A stretch of 64,000 nt of DNA from Chthoniobacterales bacterium (lineage in GTDB: Bacteria > Verrucomicrobiota > Verrucomicrobiia > Chthoniobacterales > Chthoniobacteraceae): positions 1 to 64,000 of the forward strand of contig JBBQZX010000017.1 of NCBI GenBank assembly GCA_038207335.1. The letters are read 5' to 3'. The notes beneath the pieces were generated by a model, which saw nothing but the letters and a program-made list of their open reading frames with translations, did not search any database and was not told where the DNA came from. Numbering within the stretch: position 1 is the stretch's first letter; every line of letters begins with the position of its first letter. Below, piece by piece: positions 36,823-46,957 of this stretch. The translations under genes were made by a program, and so were the position numbers.

Positions 36823-37739
36823 GGAGAGGAGCGGGCGAGTGAAAGTTCGACGATGCGCGCGCAAAGCTCGCCGTAGCTGATTCCCGCAGCGGCGGCGGCT
36901 TCCGGCAAAAGGCTGGAGGGTGTCATGCCAGGGATCGTATTGATCTCGAGCACGAGCGGTTCGCCCGCGTCGGTGAGGAGAAAATCCACGCGCGAATAAA
37001 TCTGCAAATCAAGCGCCCGATGCGCGGCGATCGCTGTCTGTTGCACGGTTTGCGTGAGTTCCGCGCTCAACGTCGCGGGGCAAAAATGATCTGCACCGGC
37101 GGCGTTCGGATTCAGAAACGGATACTTGTTTTCAAAATTGTAGAAGTCGTCACGCGCGACGATTTCGATGATCGGCAGCGCGACGTCGCCAACGATCCCG
37201 ACTGTCAACTCACGCCCCGAGATGAATTCCTCGACGAGCAATTCTCTCCCGAATCGACGCGCCTCGCGCAACTTGCCATCGAGTTCGCCCGCCTCGCGGA
37301 TGATGTAAACACCGACGCTCGAACCCTCGCGCGGTGCCTTGATGACGAATGGCAGCGGCAGCGTCGGCGACGCGCCATCGCGCAGAATCTCGAACTTCGC
37401 GGTCGGCACGCCCCGCGCGACGAGACGCTCTTTCGTCGCGATTTTATCGATTGCCAGCTCGCTCCCCGCCACGGCTTCGCCGGTGAACGCAACGCCGCGA
37501 GACTCAAGAATTCGCTGCAACTGGCCATCCTCGCCAAACGTCCCGTGGATCGCATTGAACGCAATTTCCGTCCCCTCCGGCACCGAGAAATCCGGCCCAT
37601 CGACTACCACCGACTCGACCTCAGCGCCGAGTCCGCGCAGGGCCTCGACGACTCCTTCGCCCGACTTGAGCGACACCTTCCGCTCCGAGCCCGGCCCGCC
37701 CATCAACACCGCGATTTTTTTATTCCTGAGATCGATCAT
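36819..37739 (-). CDS. ddl: D-alanine--D-alanine ligase
   Basis: GG.GSER.VS..SG, HGTFGEDG, EGSSVG, LEINTIPGMT. Confidence 0.96.
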   Translation of the reverse strand: MIDLRNKKIAVLMGGPGSERKVSLKSGEGVVEALRGLGAEVESVVVDGPDFSVPEGTEIAFNAIHGTFGEDGQLQRILESRGVAFTGEAVAGSELAIDKIATKERLVARGVPTAKFEILRDGASPTLPLPFVIKAPREGSSVGVYIIREAGELDGKLREARRFGRELLVEEFISGRELTVGIVGDVALPIIEIVARDDFYNFENKYPFLNPNAAGADHFCPATLSAELTQTVQQTAIAAHRALDLQIYSRVDFLLTDAGEPLVLEINTIPGMTPSSLLPEAAAAAGISYGELCARIVELSLARSSP

Positions 37740-37748
37740 AAATTTTCG

Positions 37749-40049
37749 TCAGTCGTGCAGCCCGGCCTCCTCGCCGATGATTTGCACCTCAGTCTCAAGC
37801 GCAATTCCGCGTTCCCGCAGCGCCGTTTCCTTGATCCGCGAAATCAATGCCAGCACATCTCCAGCCGTCGCGCCGCCGTCATTCACGATGAAATTCCCGT
37901 GAATCTCCGACACGCGCGCCTTGCCGGAAGTCGCGCCTTTCAGACCAAGTTCATCGACCAATTTTCCCGCCGGTACCGGCCCCGGATTTTTAAAAATACA
38001 TCCCGCGCTTGACTCGCGCGGCTGCGTCGTCCGCCGCTTTTGCTGCGACGCTTCGAGCAGTCGCTCGATCTCCTCCGACTCACCGGGCGCTCCCTTGAAA
38101 GTGGCCGACACCGCGTAATTCCCAACCAACGAACCGACGTGGCGATAATGCACGTCGAGCTCCCCGGGGGTCTTCGTGTGAAAAGCTCCGCGGCCATCCA
38201 CAAAGCGCACGCTGACGACTTGATCGAGCGTCTCGCCGCCCATCGCCCCCGCATTCATCCGCAGGCTGCCACCGACATTTCCCGGGATGCCCTCCATCCA
38301 CTCGAAGCCCGCGAGTTGCGCATCGCGCGCCGCATATGCGATCTCTTTGAGCTTCAATCCCACGCCCGCGATGATCTGTCCGTCATGGACTTCGAGGTGT
38401 CGAAATTCGCCGTGTGAAAGGTGGGCGACAACGCCGCGAATTCCGCCGTCGCGAATTAGTAAATTCGAGCCGCGGCCCATCACGAAAAGCGGCGTTCCGC
38501 GCTCCCCGCAATACCGAACGAGTCGCGCAAATCCTTCCTCAGTTTCGGGTTCCGCCCAAAACTGTGCAGGTCCGCCAACCCGCATGGTCGTGTGCTTCGC
38601 GAGCGGTTCATACAATTTCACGGCGCCAGTTCCGATCACGGTTTGTAGCTCTTCCATTACCGCCACATCGCGAGCCAGTAGTTTTGCCGTCTCGTGGATA
38701 TTTCCCGCGCCGAGCGTGATGACGCAATCTCCCGGCTCGAGCATTTGTCCGATCGCAAACGCGAGCTTTTTCCGGTCCGGCTGATAAGTCGCGCGCTCGT
38801 GTCCGTCTCGCGTGATTTCATCCACGATCGTCTGCCCGGTGACTCCCGGAATCGGCACCTCGCTCGCTGCATACACATCCGTGATGACCACCGCAAACGC
38901 ATCATGAAACGCGCGTCCGAACTCCTCTTTCAGCGCCTGCGTGCGGCTGTAGCGATGCGGCTGAAACATCACGAGCACGCGTTTTCTCCCCGTGCTTTTC
39001 GCCGCGGCGAGTGTCGCGCGAATCTCGGTCGGGTGATGCGCGTAGTCGTCCACGATCATCGCGCGATCACTGCGATGCTTGATTTCAAATCGCCGGCGCG
39101 CGCCGCAAAACGTCTCCAGCGCCTCCGCGATTTTTGCGAAAGGCACGCCGAGTTCCGTCGCGAGCGCGATGACGCCGAGCGCGTTGCTGACGTTGTGCCG
39201 GCCTGGGACATTGAGTGTCACAGCCCCCAGCGACTCGCCGCTGCGGAGCACGCGGAAATGCGACTGAAAATCTTTCGCGTGAAAATCGTCGAACCGGAAA
39301 AAAGCCGCGTGACTTTCACCGTACGAAATCGCGCCCGGATGCTCGGAGCAAATGCGCGTGGCGTGCGCATCGTCGGCGCAAAAAAAGACCTTTCCGCTCG
39401 TCTGGCTCAGCAGTTGCCGGAACACTTTCTCGATCGCCACAAGGTCTTCGTAATAGTCGAGGTGCTCCTCCTCGATGTTCAAAACGATCGCGTGCTCGGG
39501 ATGGTAAAACGCGAGCGTGCCGTCGCTCTCATCCCCTTCTGCCACGAAATACTCGCCCTCCGCATCCCAATGCGCATTCGTGCCGAGGATCGGAATTTCC
39601 GCACCGACGTAGTGCGACGGCTTCACGCCGCCGTGCCGCAGCACATGCGCCGCCATCGCGGAAGTCGTCGTCTTGCCGTGCATTCCGGCGACCACGATTC
39701 CCCTTTTGCAGTTCATCATCGCCGTCAGCGCATCCGCGCGGCGCACCATGCTTTTGCCGAGTTGCAGCGCCGCGTCGTAATCGGGATGCCCCGCGCGAAT
39801 CGCCGATGAATAGATGATGAGATCGGCGCGCCTCACCGCCTCCGGTTGCGCGGGCGTGTAAAATTCCAGCCCGAGATTTACCAGGCGCTGCACCTCGATC
39901 GTGGACACCTTATCCGAACCGCTGACGTGATGCCCGAGCGCGATGAGCAGCCCCGCGATGCCGCTCATTCCAGAGCCTGCGACACCGATGAGGTGAATTT
40001 TCAGCTCACCGCCGACGAGGATTTCCGCGAGGATTTGACCGGTATCCAT
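37749..40049 (-). CDS. murC: Fused UDP-MurNAc--L-Ala ligase (MurC) / UDP-MurNAc dehydrogenase (MurB)
   Basis: N-half G.GMSG, HGKTTT, DESD, DDYAHHP, FQPHRYSR; C-half HTT.RVGGPA, GSNLL, MNAGA, SAGCIFKNP, HGNFIVN. Confidence 0.95.
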   Translation of the reverse strand: MDTGQILAEILVGGELKIHLIGVAGSGMSGIAGLLIALGHHVSGSDKVSTIEVQRLVNLGLEFYTPAQPEAVRRADLIIYSSAIRAGHPDYDAALQLGKSMVRRADALTAMMNCKRGIVVAGMHGKTTTSAMAAHVLRHGGVKPSHYVGAEIPILGTNAHWDAEGEYFVAEGDESDGTLAFYHPEHAIVLNIEEEHLDYYEDLVAIEKVFRQLLSQTSGKVFFCADDAHATRICSEHPGAISYGESHAAFFRFDDFHAKDFQSHFRVLRSGESLGAVTLNVPGRHNVSNALGVIALATELGVPFAKIAEALETFCGARRRFEIKHRSDRAMIVDDYAHHPTEIRATLAAAKSTGRKRVLVMFQPHRYSRTQALKEEFGRAFHDAFAVVITDVYAASEVPIPGVTGQTIVDEITRDGHERATYQPDRKKLAFAIGQMLEPGDCVITLGAGNIHETAKLLARDVAVMEELQTVIGTGAVKLYEPLAKHTTMRVGGPAQFWAEPETEEGFARLVRYCGERGTPLFVMGRGSNLLIRDGGIRGVVAHLSHGEFRHLEVHDGQIIAGVGLKLKEIAYAARDAQLAGFEWMEGIPGNVGGSLRMNAGAMGGETLDQVVSVRFVDGRGAFHTKTPGELDVHYRHVGSLVGNYAVSATFKGAPGESEEIERLLEASQQKRRTTQPRESSAGCIFKNPGPVPAGKLVDELGLKGATSGKARVSEIHGNFIVNDGGATAGDVLALISRIKETALRERGIALETEVQIIGEEAGLHD

Positions 40050-40055
40050 TACGCG

Positions 40056-40081
40056 AAAAAACCCGCGGCGCGCACCGCTGG
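40056..40081 (-). terminator. Possible weak intrinsic terminator between murG and murC-murB
   Basis: Minus strand CCAGCGGT-GCGC-GCCGCGGG followed by T6; one mismatch in the stem. Confidence 0.35.
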
Positions 40082-40094
40082 ATATGACGTTTCT

Positions 40095-41180
40095 TTAAGC
40101 ACAAAATTTCAAAACCGTATCGGCGACGCGCTCGGCTGCTTGCTTCGGCGCAAGGCTCGCGCTGCGGGCGGACATCTCGGCGAGACGCGCGGGATCGTCG
40201 AGAATCTCGTGGAGATTTTTTGCGAGAATCTCGCCCGTGATTTCGCACTCATTCAATAGCCTCGCCGCGCCCGCTGCGGCAAAGATTTTCGCGTTCAAAG
40301 TTTGGTGATCTTCGGCCGCAAACGGATACGGGATCAGTACGCTCGGCAGCCCGAAATGGGACAACTCCGTGAGACTCGCCGCGCCAGACCGCGCGATGCA
40401 GAAATCCGCTGCGCTGTAGGCCGCATCCATGCGATGCGAAAACGCCGCGACGAACGCCGGAATGCCCGCGGCTGCATAAGCCCCGCGAATCGCCTCCTCG
40501 TCCTGCCGACCGGTGAGATGGATGACCTGAATCTCCGATTTCGCCAACTCCGGCAACGCGGCCAGCAGCGCGCGATTGATCCCCTGCGCGCCCTGGCTGC
40601 CGCCCATGACGAAAAGCGTCTTTCGCCCCGCGTGAAGATCGAACTCCGCGAGCGCGGATGCTTTATCCATACGGGTCGCGAGCGAATTGCGGATCGGCGT
40701 GCCGGTTACGATGCCGCGCGCTTTTCCGAAGTGCTTGGCGCACTCCTCGAAGCCCAAAAGCACCGCGCTCACGAGCCGTCCATTGAGCCGATTCGCCTTG
40801 CCGGGAATCGCGTTCGACTCATGCACGAACGTCGGAATTTTCCGCCGCCGTCCGGCGAGAATCGGCGCAGTCGAAGTGAACCCGCCCATGCCGAGCACGG
40901 CGTTCGGCTTGAACTCATCGTAGAGCCGGCGGCACTGGTCGTAGCCGGCCTTGAACCGCCGCAAAAATCCGATGATCGCGGGCGAGAAAATCTTCGGCAT
41001 CCCGACGCCTTGCACGCGCTCGATCCGAAACTCGGAGCGGCCTTGCGTCGCGAGCGAATCGATCTCTTTTTCCGAAATCAAAACCATGACCTCGTGGCCC
41101 CGCGCGAGCAGGGTCTCGCCGACTGCCAGGCCGGGGAACAAATGGCCACCGGTTCCGCCGGCAGCGATGACGAATTTCAT
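40095..41180 (-). CDS. murG: Lipid II GlcNAc transferase
   Basis: GGTGGHLFP, HESN, GGSQGA, RSGAAS..E, HQ..NA. Confidence 0.97.
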   Translation of the reverse strand: MKFVIAAGGTGGHLFPGLAVGETLLARGHEVMVLISEKEIDSLATQGRSEFRIERVQGVGMPKIFSPAIIGFLRRFKAGYDQCRRLYDEFKPNAVLGMGGFTSTAPILAGRRRKIPTFVHESNAIPGKANRLNGRLVSAVLLGFEECAKHFGKARGIVTGTPIRNSLATRMDKASALAEFDLHAGRKTLFVMGGSQGAQGINRALLAALPELAKSEIQVIHLTGRQDEEAIRGAYAAAGIPAFVAAFSHRMDAAYSAADFCIARSGAASLTELSHFGLPSVLIPYPFAAEDHQTLNAKIFAAAGAARLLNECEITGEILAKNLHEILDDPARLAEMSARSASLAPKQAAERVADTVLKFCA

Positions 41181-41184
41181 CGCG

Positions 41185-42342
41185 TCAGATTCTTATGACC
41201 CGCGGTTTCACCCGAGCACTGACCCGTCTCAGGATGCTCGTCTTGTCCGCTTTTTCACTTACGCCCTGCCGATAAATATTGATGAGAATCCCGACGCAAA
41301 AGAGGCAGAACGCGAGGTTCGATCCGCCATAACTAATGAACGGTAGCGGCAACCCTTTGTTCGGCAAAAGCGCCGTGGTGACGCCGATGTTGAGCGCCGC
41401 CTGGAGTGCGATAATCACGACGATTCCGAAGCCGAGCAGCATCCCGAATCGGTCGCGCGCACGAGTTGAAATGACGGCACCGCAGAGAACGATGACCACG
41501 TAGCACGCGACGATGAGCAGCGTGCAACGGAGCCCGAGTTCCTCGCCGACCATCGGGAAAATGAAGTCGGTGTGTGCGAAGGGGAGGTAGGCCATTTTCT
41601 GGCGTCCATTGCCGAGCCCGAGTCCCTCGACGCCACCAGAGCCGAAGGCGATGAGCGCCTGATACTGCTGGAGTCCCGCGCCGTCCTTGAATTTTTCCAA
41701 ATCGAGGAACGCCATCAGCCGCCCGTGCCGCTCTTTCAAGTGCGTCGCGATGAACAGCATCCCCGCGATGCCGCCAGCGAAAATCGGCGCGATGTAGAGC
41801 AGCCGCGTGCCGGCGACGAACATCACGATGAACATGGTCGTCGCGATGAGCGCGGTGCTGCCCATGTCCACCTCCGGCGCGATGAGCGCGAGCAATATGC
41901 CGACGCCCGCGATCGGAGCTACGAAGCCTTTCAGCAGACTCCGGGCGTCCGTTTCCTCCCGCGAAAACCACCACGCGAGTGCACACACAGCCGCGAACTT
42001 CGCCATCTCCGACGGCTGAAACGAGGCGACACGAAAGTTCAGCCAGCGGGCCGAGCCGTTGATACGCTGGCCGAACGGCGGGATGAAGCAAAACAAGAGC
42101 AGCAGCACCGACGCGCCAAACCAGATGTACCAAGTCCGCTGCCAGAAATGGTAATCCACATTCGCGGTGATGACGCAGACGACGAAGCCGACCGCGAGCC
42201 ACGCGAACTGGCGCTTGATGAAGAAGTTCGGATTGCCGTGGCTGTCCCGCGCAAACGCGCTCGTGCTGAAGAGCATGACGCAGCCGATCACGACGAGGAT
42301 CGCGACCGCAACGACGAGAAAATAGACGCTCTTCCGGTGCAT
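41185..42342 (-). CDS. ftsW: SEDS family peptidoglycan polymerase
   Basis: NGSARW, QPSE.AK, HTDFIF, PNKGLPLPFISYGGS. Confidence 0.96.
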   Translation of the reverse strand: MHRKSVYFLVVAVAILVVIGCVMLFSTSAFARDSHGNPNFFIKRQFAWLAVGFVVCVITANVDYHFWQRTWYIWFGASVLLLLFCFIPPFGQRINGSARWLNFRVASFQPSEMAKFAAVCALAWWFSREETDARSLLKGFVAPIAGVGILLALIAPEVDMGSTALIATTMFIVMFVAGTRLLYIAPIFAGGIAGMLFIATHLKERHGRLMAFLDLEKFKDGAGLQQYQALIAFGSGGVEGLGLGNGRQKMAYLPFAHTDFIFPMVGEELGLRCTLLIVACYVVIVLCGAVISTRARDRFGMLLGFGIVVIIALQAALNIGVTTALLPNKGLPLPFISYGGSNLAFCLFCVGILINIYRQGVSEKADKTSILRRVSARVKPRVIRI

Positions 42343-42397
42343 CTCAGCGCCTCGAAAAGTGCGGTCCTTTTGCTCGATTCATCGCTCGCCCGATCGC

Positions 42398-43120
42398 TCA
42401 GTTTTTCTTCGCGGGAACTTTCAGCGTCTGCCCGATCTGGAGCTTCTTCGGGTCGTCGATGTGATTCATTTTCAAAAGCTCGTCCTGGCTGACCCCGAGT
42501 TTCCTCGCGATCAAGACCGGGTTGTCGCCTTTCACCACCACGTACGATTTCGGAGTCGATTTCGCGCTCGCGGCGACCTTCGGCGTTTCCTCGGTTTTCG
42601 CCGTTGGGGTCGGCTTCCCTTTTGGAATGTTGAGCGACTGTCCGGGGTGCATCGACGCCACCGTTTTCGCGCCGTTCAGCTCCGAGAGTTCGGCGATCTT
42701 CACGCCGAATTGCGCGGCGACTTTCGCCGGCGTGTCGCCCGTTTTTACTTTGTAAATCCGTGCGCCGGAAATTGGCGAAGTGACTGTGGATGCGGGCGGC
42801 GGGACAGCGTGCATCGGCTCCGTTGCCTCCAATTTGGCGATGGGCGCCGCGGCGACAGGCGCGGCTTTTGCGAGCAACGGCGGCGTCGGAGGCGCGGGGT
42901 CTTGCGGCCCGCGATGCGCCTTGATGCTGTTGAAGGCGTAGATGCCGCCGACCGCCACGACATGCAGAATGAGCACGACGAAGAACGCGCTTGAGAGCCG
43001 TGTCTGCGGCTCGGCGTCGTAGTCGTCCATCGCCGGCACGGCGCGGCGCGCGGCGGCGTTGGCCTGGTATTTCTTGCGGGTCTTCAGCCGAAGCAGGTTC
43101 GTGATTTTTGGGAGCTTCAT
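42398..43120 (-). CDS. Membrane-anchored protein with two LysM domains
   Basis: One TM; YKVKTGDT...IA and YVVVKGDN...IA...LQIGQTLKVP. Confidence 0.92.
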   Translation of the reverse strand: MKLPKITNLLRLKTRKKYQANAAARRAVPAMDDYDAEPQTRLSSAFFVVLILHVVAVGGIYAFNSIKAHRGPQDPAPPTPPLLAKAAPVAAAPIAKLEATEPMHAVPPPASTVTSPISGARIYKVKTGDTPAKVAAQFGVKIAELSELNGAKTVASMHPGQSLNIPKGKPTPTAKTEETPKVAASAKSTPKSYVVVKGDNPVLIARKLGVSQDELLKMNHIDDPKKLQIGQTLKVPAKKN

Positions 43121-44457
43121 GGTGCGGTTGGGTGTTGGGTCAGGACGAGGTTGCGAAATTGGTTCCCGCGGTCGGCGTAGTTTTTGAACATGTCGAACGA
43201 CGACGTGCCGGGGCTGAAAAGGACGGCATCGCCGGGCTGCGCGGCATCGCGAGCGAGCTGCACGGCGGCTTCGAGCGAGCGGCCCGCGTTGGAGCACGGG
43301 ACGTGGCCGCCCCACATCGCCTCGATGCGATCGGCCATCTCGCCGAGCACCACGACGGCCCGGCATTTCTCCGCCACGAGCGCCGTGAGCGAGTCGAATT
43401 CGAAGCCTTTGTCCTTGCCTCCCGCGATCAGCACGATGGGCCGCGTCTCGGAGTGCAACGCCTTTTCGACGGAGTCGAGATTCGTGCCTTTCGAGTCGTT
43501 GATCCACTCGACGCCGGCGATCGTTCCAAGCACTTCGCAGCGGTGTGGGAGCGCACGATACGCCGCGAGCGCCGGGATCATTTGCGAAAATTCGAGGCCG
43601 AGCGCGACGCCGACACCGAGCGCGGCCATCAGGTTTTCCGCGTTGTGCGAACCGCGCAGATTCGTGTCGCGCATCGCGAGCACCGCCGCACCGTGGTAAA
43701 AAATCGTGCCCTCGCGGAGATCGAAATCTCCGCCGGCGACGAACGCGCTGAACGTGATTTTTTTGGCGGCGAGTTGCGGTAGGCGGTCGCGGAAATTCAC
43801 GACCGCCCAATCGTCCGCGGTTTGATTCTCGAAGACCCGAATCTTTGCGGCGTAATACTCCTCGATGCTGGCGTATCGATCGAGGTGATCGGCCGCAAAT
43901 CCAAGCCAGACGGCGATCTCCGCGCGGAAACGCTCGATCCGCTCGAGCTGGAATGAGCTGACCTCGATCGTCATCACATCGAGTTCCTTGCTCTGACGCA
44001 CGCGCGCTGAAAACGCCGGACCGATGTTCCCGCTCGCCACGGTTTTCACGCCGCACGAGTTGAGCATTTGCTCCACGAGCTGCGTCGTCGTGGTCTTCCC
44101 GTTTGTCCCCGTGATCGCGACGATCGGGCACTCGCACATCTCGTACGCGAGTTCGAGTTCGCCGATCATCTCGACTCGTTTGCGGAGAAAATTCTGCACG
44201 AGCGGTACCGCCGGATCGATGCCGGGGCTGAGCACCGCGAGGTCGTATCGAGTTGTGTCGTGCTCGGCGGCGAGCCCCGCCAGCACGCGGATTCCGAGAC
44301 GCCCGAGCGCGTCGATTTTCTTGCGGAGTTTATTCTCCTCCGCGGTGTCGAGCACGGTCACGAGAGCGCCCTCCTCATGAAGCAAAACCGCGGCTGCCTC
44401 GCCGCTTTCACCAGCGCCGAGGACTGCCACCAACTTATTGTGGAAGCGTGCATTCAA
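43117..44457 (-). CDS. murD: UDP-MurNAc-L-Ala--D-Glu ligase
   Basis: SPGI, TGTNGKTTT, EVSSFQL, DHLDRY, NDSKGTN, SFD.F.NY..RG; TTG start overlapping the mraY stop. Confidence 0.95.
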   Translation of the reverse strand: MNARFHNKLVAVLGAGESGEAAAVLLHEEGALVTVLDTAEENKLRKKIDALGRLGIRVLAGLAAEHDTTRYDLAVLSPGIDPAVPLVQNFLRKRVEMIGELELAYEMCECPIVAITGTNGKTTTTQLVEQMLNSCGVKTVASGNIGPAFSARVRQSKELDVMTIEVSSFQLERIERFRAEIAVWLGFAADHLDRYASIEEYYAAKIRVFENQTADDWAVVNFRDRLPQLAAKKITFSAFVAGGDFDLREGTIFYHGAAVLAMRDTNLRGSHNAENLMAALGVGVALGLEFSQMIPALAAYRALPHRCEVLGTIAGVEWINDSKGTNLDSVEKALHSETRPIVLIAGGKDKGFEFDSLTALVAEKCRAVVVLGEMADRIEAMWGGHVPCSNAGRSLEAAVQLARDAAQPGDAVLFSPGTSSFDMFKNYADRGNQFRNLVLTQHPTAP

Positions 44458-45587
44458 CGGAGCTTGAGAGTGGCGAGTCCGAGAAGCGCGAACATGACAG
44501 AGAGAATCCAGAACCGGACGATGACTGTGTTTTCCTTCCACCCCTTCAGCTCGAAATGGTGATGAATCGGCGACATCAGAAAGACGCGCCGACCTTCGCC
44601 GTGAATGCGCTTCGTGATTTTGAACCAAGTGCGCTGGATCAATACGGAGACAGCCTCCGCGACGAATACGCCGCCGACGACGACGAGCAACAGCTCCTGC
44701 TTGCAGCAGATCGCGACGACTCCGAAAAAGCCGCCGATGGCGAGCGAACCGGTGTCGCCCATGAAGACTTTCGCGGGGTGGCAGTTGAACCACAGGAAGC
44801 CGAACGACGCTCCGACCATCGCCATGCAAACCACCGTGAGTTCGCCCGCAAACGAGTAGTACGGAATCTGCAAATACTGCGCGAGTTTCACATTTCCCGC
44901 CGCATAGGTGAGGACGGAATATGCAGCTCCGGTCGTGATCGTGCAGCCGGCGGCGAGGCCGTCGAGGCCGTCGGTGAGGTTCACGGCATTCGATGCGCCG
45001 ATGATGACGAGGCCGAAAAAGACGATCGTGAAAGCGCCGAGATTCCAGATGAGCGGCGTCTTGTAGAATGGCACGTAGATCGCCCTCGCTTGGATTTCGA
45101 TCGCGGGATTCAGCAGGAAAAACGCGGTAACGACGGCCGCCACCGCCGCCTGCCCAATGAGCTTGGTGCTCTCGCTGACGCCCTTCGCGTTCTTTTTCGT
45201 GATCTTCAAATAGTCGTCCCAGAAACCGAGCAGTCCGCACGACACGATCGTGAAAAGAAGCAGCCAGACGGCCATGTTATCCGGGCGCGCCCAGATGATC
45301 GACGAGATGAAAACGCTGCCCAGCAGCAGCACGCCGCCCATTGTCGGCGTGCCAGCTTTTCCGCCGTGGAGCTCGAACAGTTTGTGCACCTCTTCTTTCG
45401 TGCGAACTGGCTGGCCCATCTTGAGGGAGATGAGTTTCCGGATGACCCAATTTCCGAATGTCAGCGACAGAAGGAAGGCGGTCAGCGCAGCCGCGACCGC
45501 GCGGAAGGTGATGTATTGGAAGACATTCAACGCGCGGAGGAAATCCGCCGCGGGAGCGATGCTCAGCTTGTAGAGGTAATACATCAT
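44454..45587 (-). CDS. mraY: Phospho-MurNAc-pentapeptide transferase
   Basis: GTPTMGG, DDY.K, NAVNLTDGLDGL, FMGDTGS, PIHHHFE. Confidence 0.97.
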   Translation of the reverse strand: MMYYLYKLSIAPAADFLRALNVFQYITFRAVAAALTAFLLSLTFGNWVIRKLISLKMGQPVRTKEEVHKLFELHGGKAGTPTMGGVLLLGSVFISSIIWARPDNMAVWLLLFTIVSCGLLGFWDDYLKITKKNAKGVSESTKLIGQAAVAAVVTAFFLLNPAIEIQARAIYVPFYKTPLIWNLGAFTIVFFGLVIIGASNAVNLTDGLDGLAAGCTITTGAAYSVLTYAAGNVKLAQYLQIPYYSFAGELTVVCMAMVGASFGFLWFNCHPAKVFMGDTGSLAIGGFFGVVAICCKQELLLVVVGGVFVAEAVSVLIQRTWFKITKRIHGEGRRVFLMSPIHHHFELKGWKENTVIVRFWILSVMFALLGLATLKLR

Positions 45588-46957
45588 GGCGTTTGCAAGC
45601 CCTCCACGATGCGCTCCATGCGAGCGGAACGGCTGCCTTTCACGAGCACGACGTCGCCGCTTTTCGCGAAGCGGCGAAGTGCTATGATGGCCTCGTCTAT
45701 CGCGTCGAATTTCTCGACATGCAAAACACCGCCGAGCAAGGCGGCATCGGCGACGAGCGCCGCCTCGGGACCGACGGCGATGAGTGTGTCGATGCGGAGT
45801 TTTGCGGCGACTTCGCCGACGAGGCGATGGCTGTTTCCGCTTTCGGATCCGAGTTCGCCCATGCGTCCGAGCACGGCAATGCGGCGTCCGGCGACTGGCA
45901 TTTCCGCGAGCGTTTGCAGCGCGGCGGTCATCGAGTCGGGATTGGCGTTGTAGCTGTCGTCGAGGATTTGGATTCCGCGCGCGGACTTCTGCTCGAGCCG
46001 CCCGCGCGTGAGCTCGAGCTTGCGCAAACCGGCGGCGCACTCCTCGAGCGAGAGGCCGAATGCGCGACCCGCGCCGACAGCGAGCAATGCGTTGGAAACC
46101 ATGTGCCTGCCGGGCACGGGAAGCTCCGCCTCCACGCTGGGTTGGTCAGCGTGAAGACGGAACCTCGTTCCCCCGAAGTCTTGTTGGATGTCGCTGGCGC
46201 GCACGCCGCCGCTATCCGTTCCGCAAAAAATCGCGTGCGCTTTCGTCCGCGCGGCGATGCGATTGGAGAACTCGTCTTCGCCATTCAAAATCAGTGTGCC
46301 GTCCGACGGAAGCGCCTCGGCGAGCATTCCTTTTTCCTGCGCGATCGCCTCGCGGCTACCCATGTATTCGATGTGCGCGACGCCGATGTTCGTGATGATC
46401 GCGACATCCGGCGCGGCCATTTTCGCGAGCGGCGCGATCTCGCCGGGATGATTCATACCGATCTCGAAGATGCCGATCTCATCGCTCTTCTTTGCGCGCA
46501 GCATCGTGAGCGGGAGGCCGATGTGGTTGTTGAAATTGCCAGCGGTCTTCGTGACTCGGAACCGCTCAGAGAGCACGGCGGCGGTAAGGTCTTTCGTGCT
46601 GGTCTTTCCGTTACTTCCAGTGATGGCGATCACCTTCAAACCAAGGCTGCGCCTGTATTCCGCGGCGATGCTCTGCAGCGCACGGAGCGTGTCCGCGACT
46701 TTGATGACGACGAAGTCGACGGGCAAACCGGCGGGGAACTCCGCTGCAATCACGCCGAGCGCGCCGCTTTCCGCGGCCTCGGAAATGAACGTGTGGCCGT
46801 CGAAATTCTCGCCGCGCAGCGCGAGGAAAAGTTCGCCGGGCTGGAGCGCGCGCGAATTCGTGCAGATGACCTCGGCGAGCCGCGATGGGTCGCCGGAGAC
46901 GAGCGTCCCCGCTGCCCACGCGGTGAGAGTTTCGATTTTTGTGGGCTCCATTTTCAC
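45584..46957 (-). CDS. murF: UDP-MurNAc-tripeptide--D-Ala-D-Ala ligase
   Basis: TGSNGKTSTK, NFNNHIGLP, GMNH.GEI, DSYNANP, KGSR. Confidence 0.96.
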   Translation of the reverse strand: MKMEPTKIETLTAWAAGTLVSGDPSRLAEVICTNSRALQPGELFLALRGENFDGHTFISEAAESGALGVIAAEFPAGLPVDFVVIKVADTLRALQSIAAEYRRSLGLKVIAITGSNGKTSTKDLTAAVLSERFRVTKTAGNFNNHIGLPLTMLRAKKSDEIGIFEIGMNHPGEIAPLAKMAAPDVAIITNIGVAHIEYMGSREAIAQEKGMLAEALPSDGTLILNGEDEFSNRIAARTKAHAIFCGTDSGGVRASDIQQDFGGTRFRLHADQPSVEAELPVPGRHMVSNALLAVGAGRAFGLSLEECAAGLRKLELTRGRLEQKSARGIQILDDSYNANPDSMTAALQTLAEMPVAGRRIAVLGRMGELGSESGNSHRLVGEVAAKLRIDTLIAVGPEAALVADAALLGGVLHVEKFDAIDEAIIALRRFAKSGDVVLVKGSRSARMERIVEGLQTP

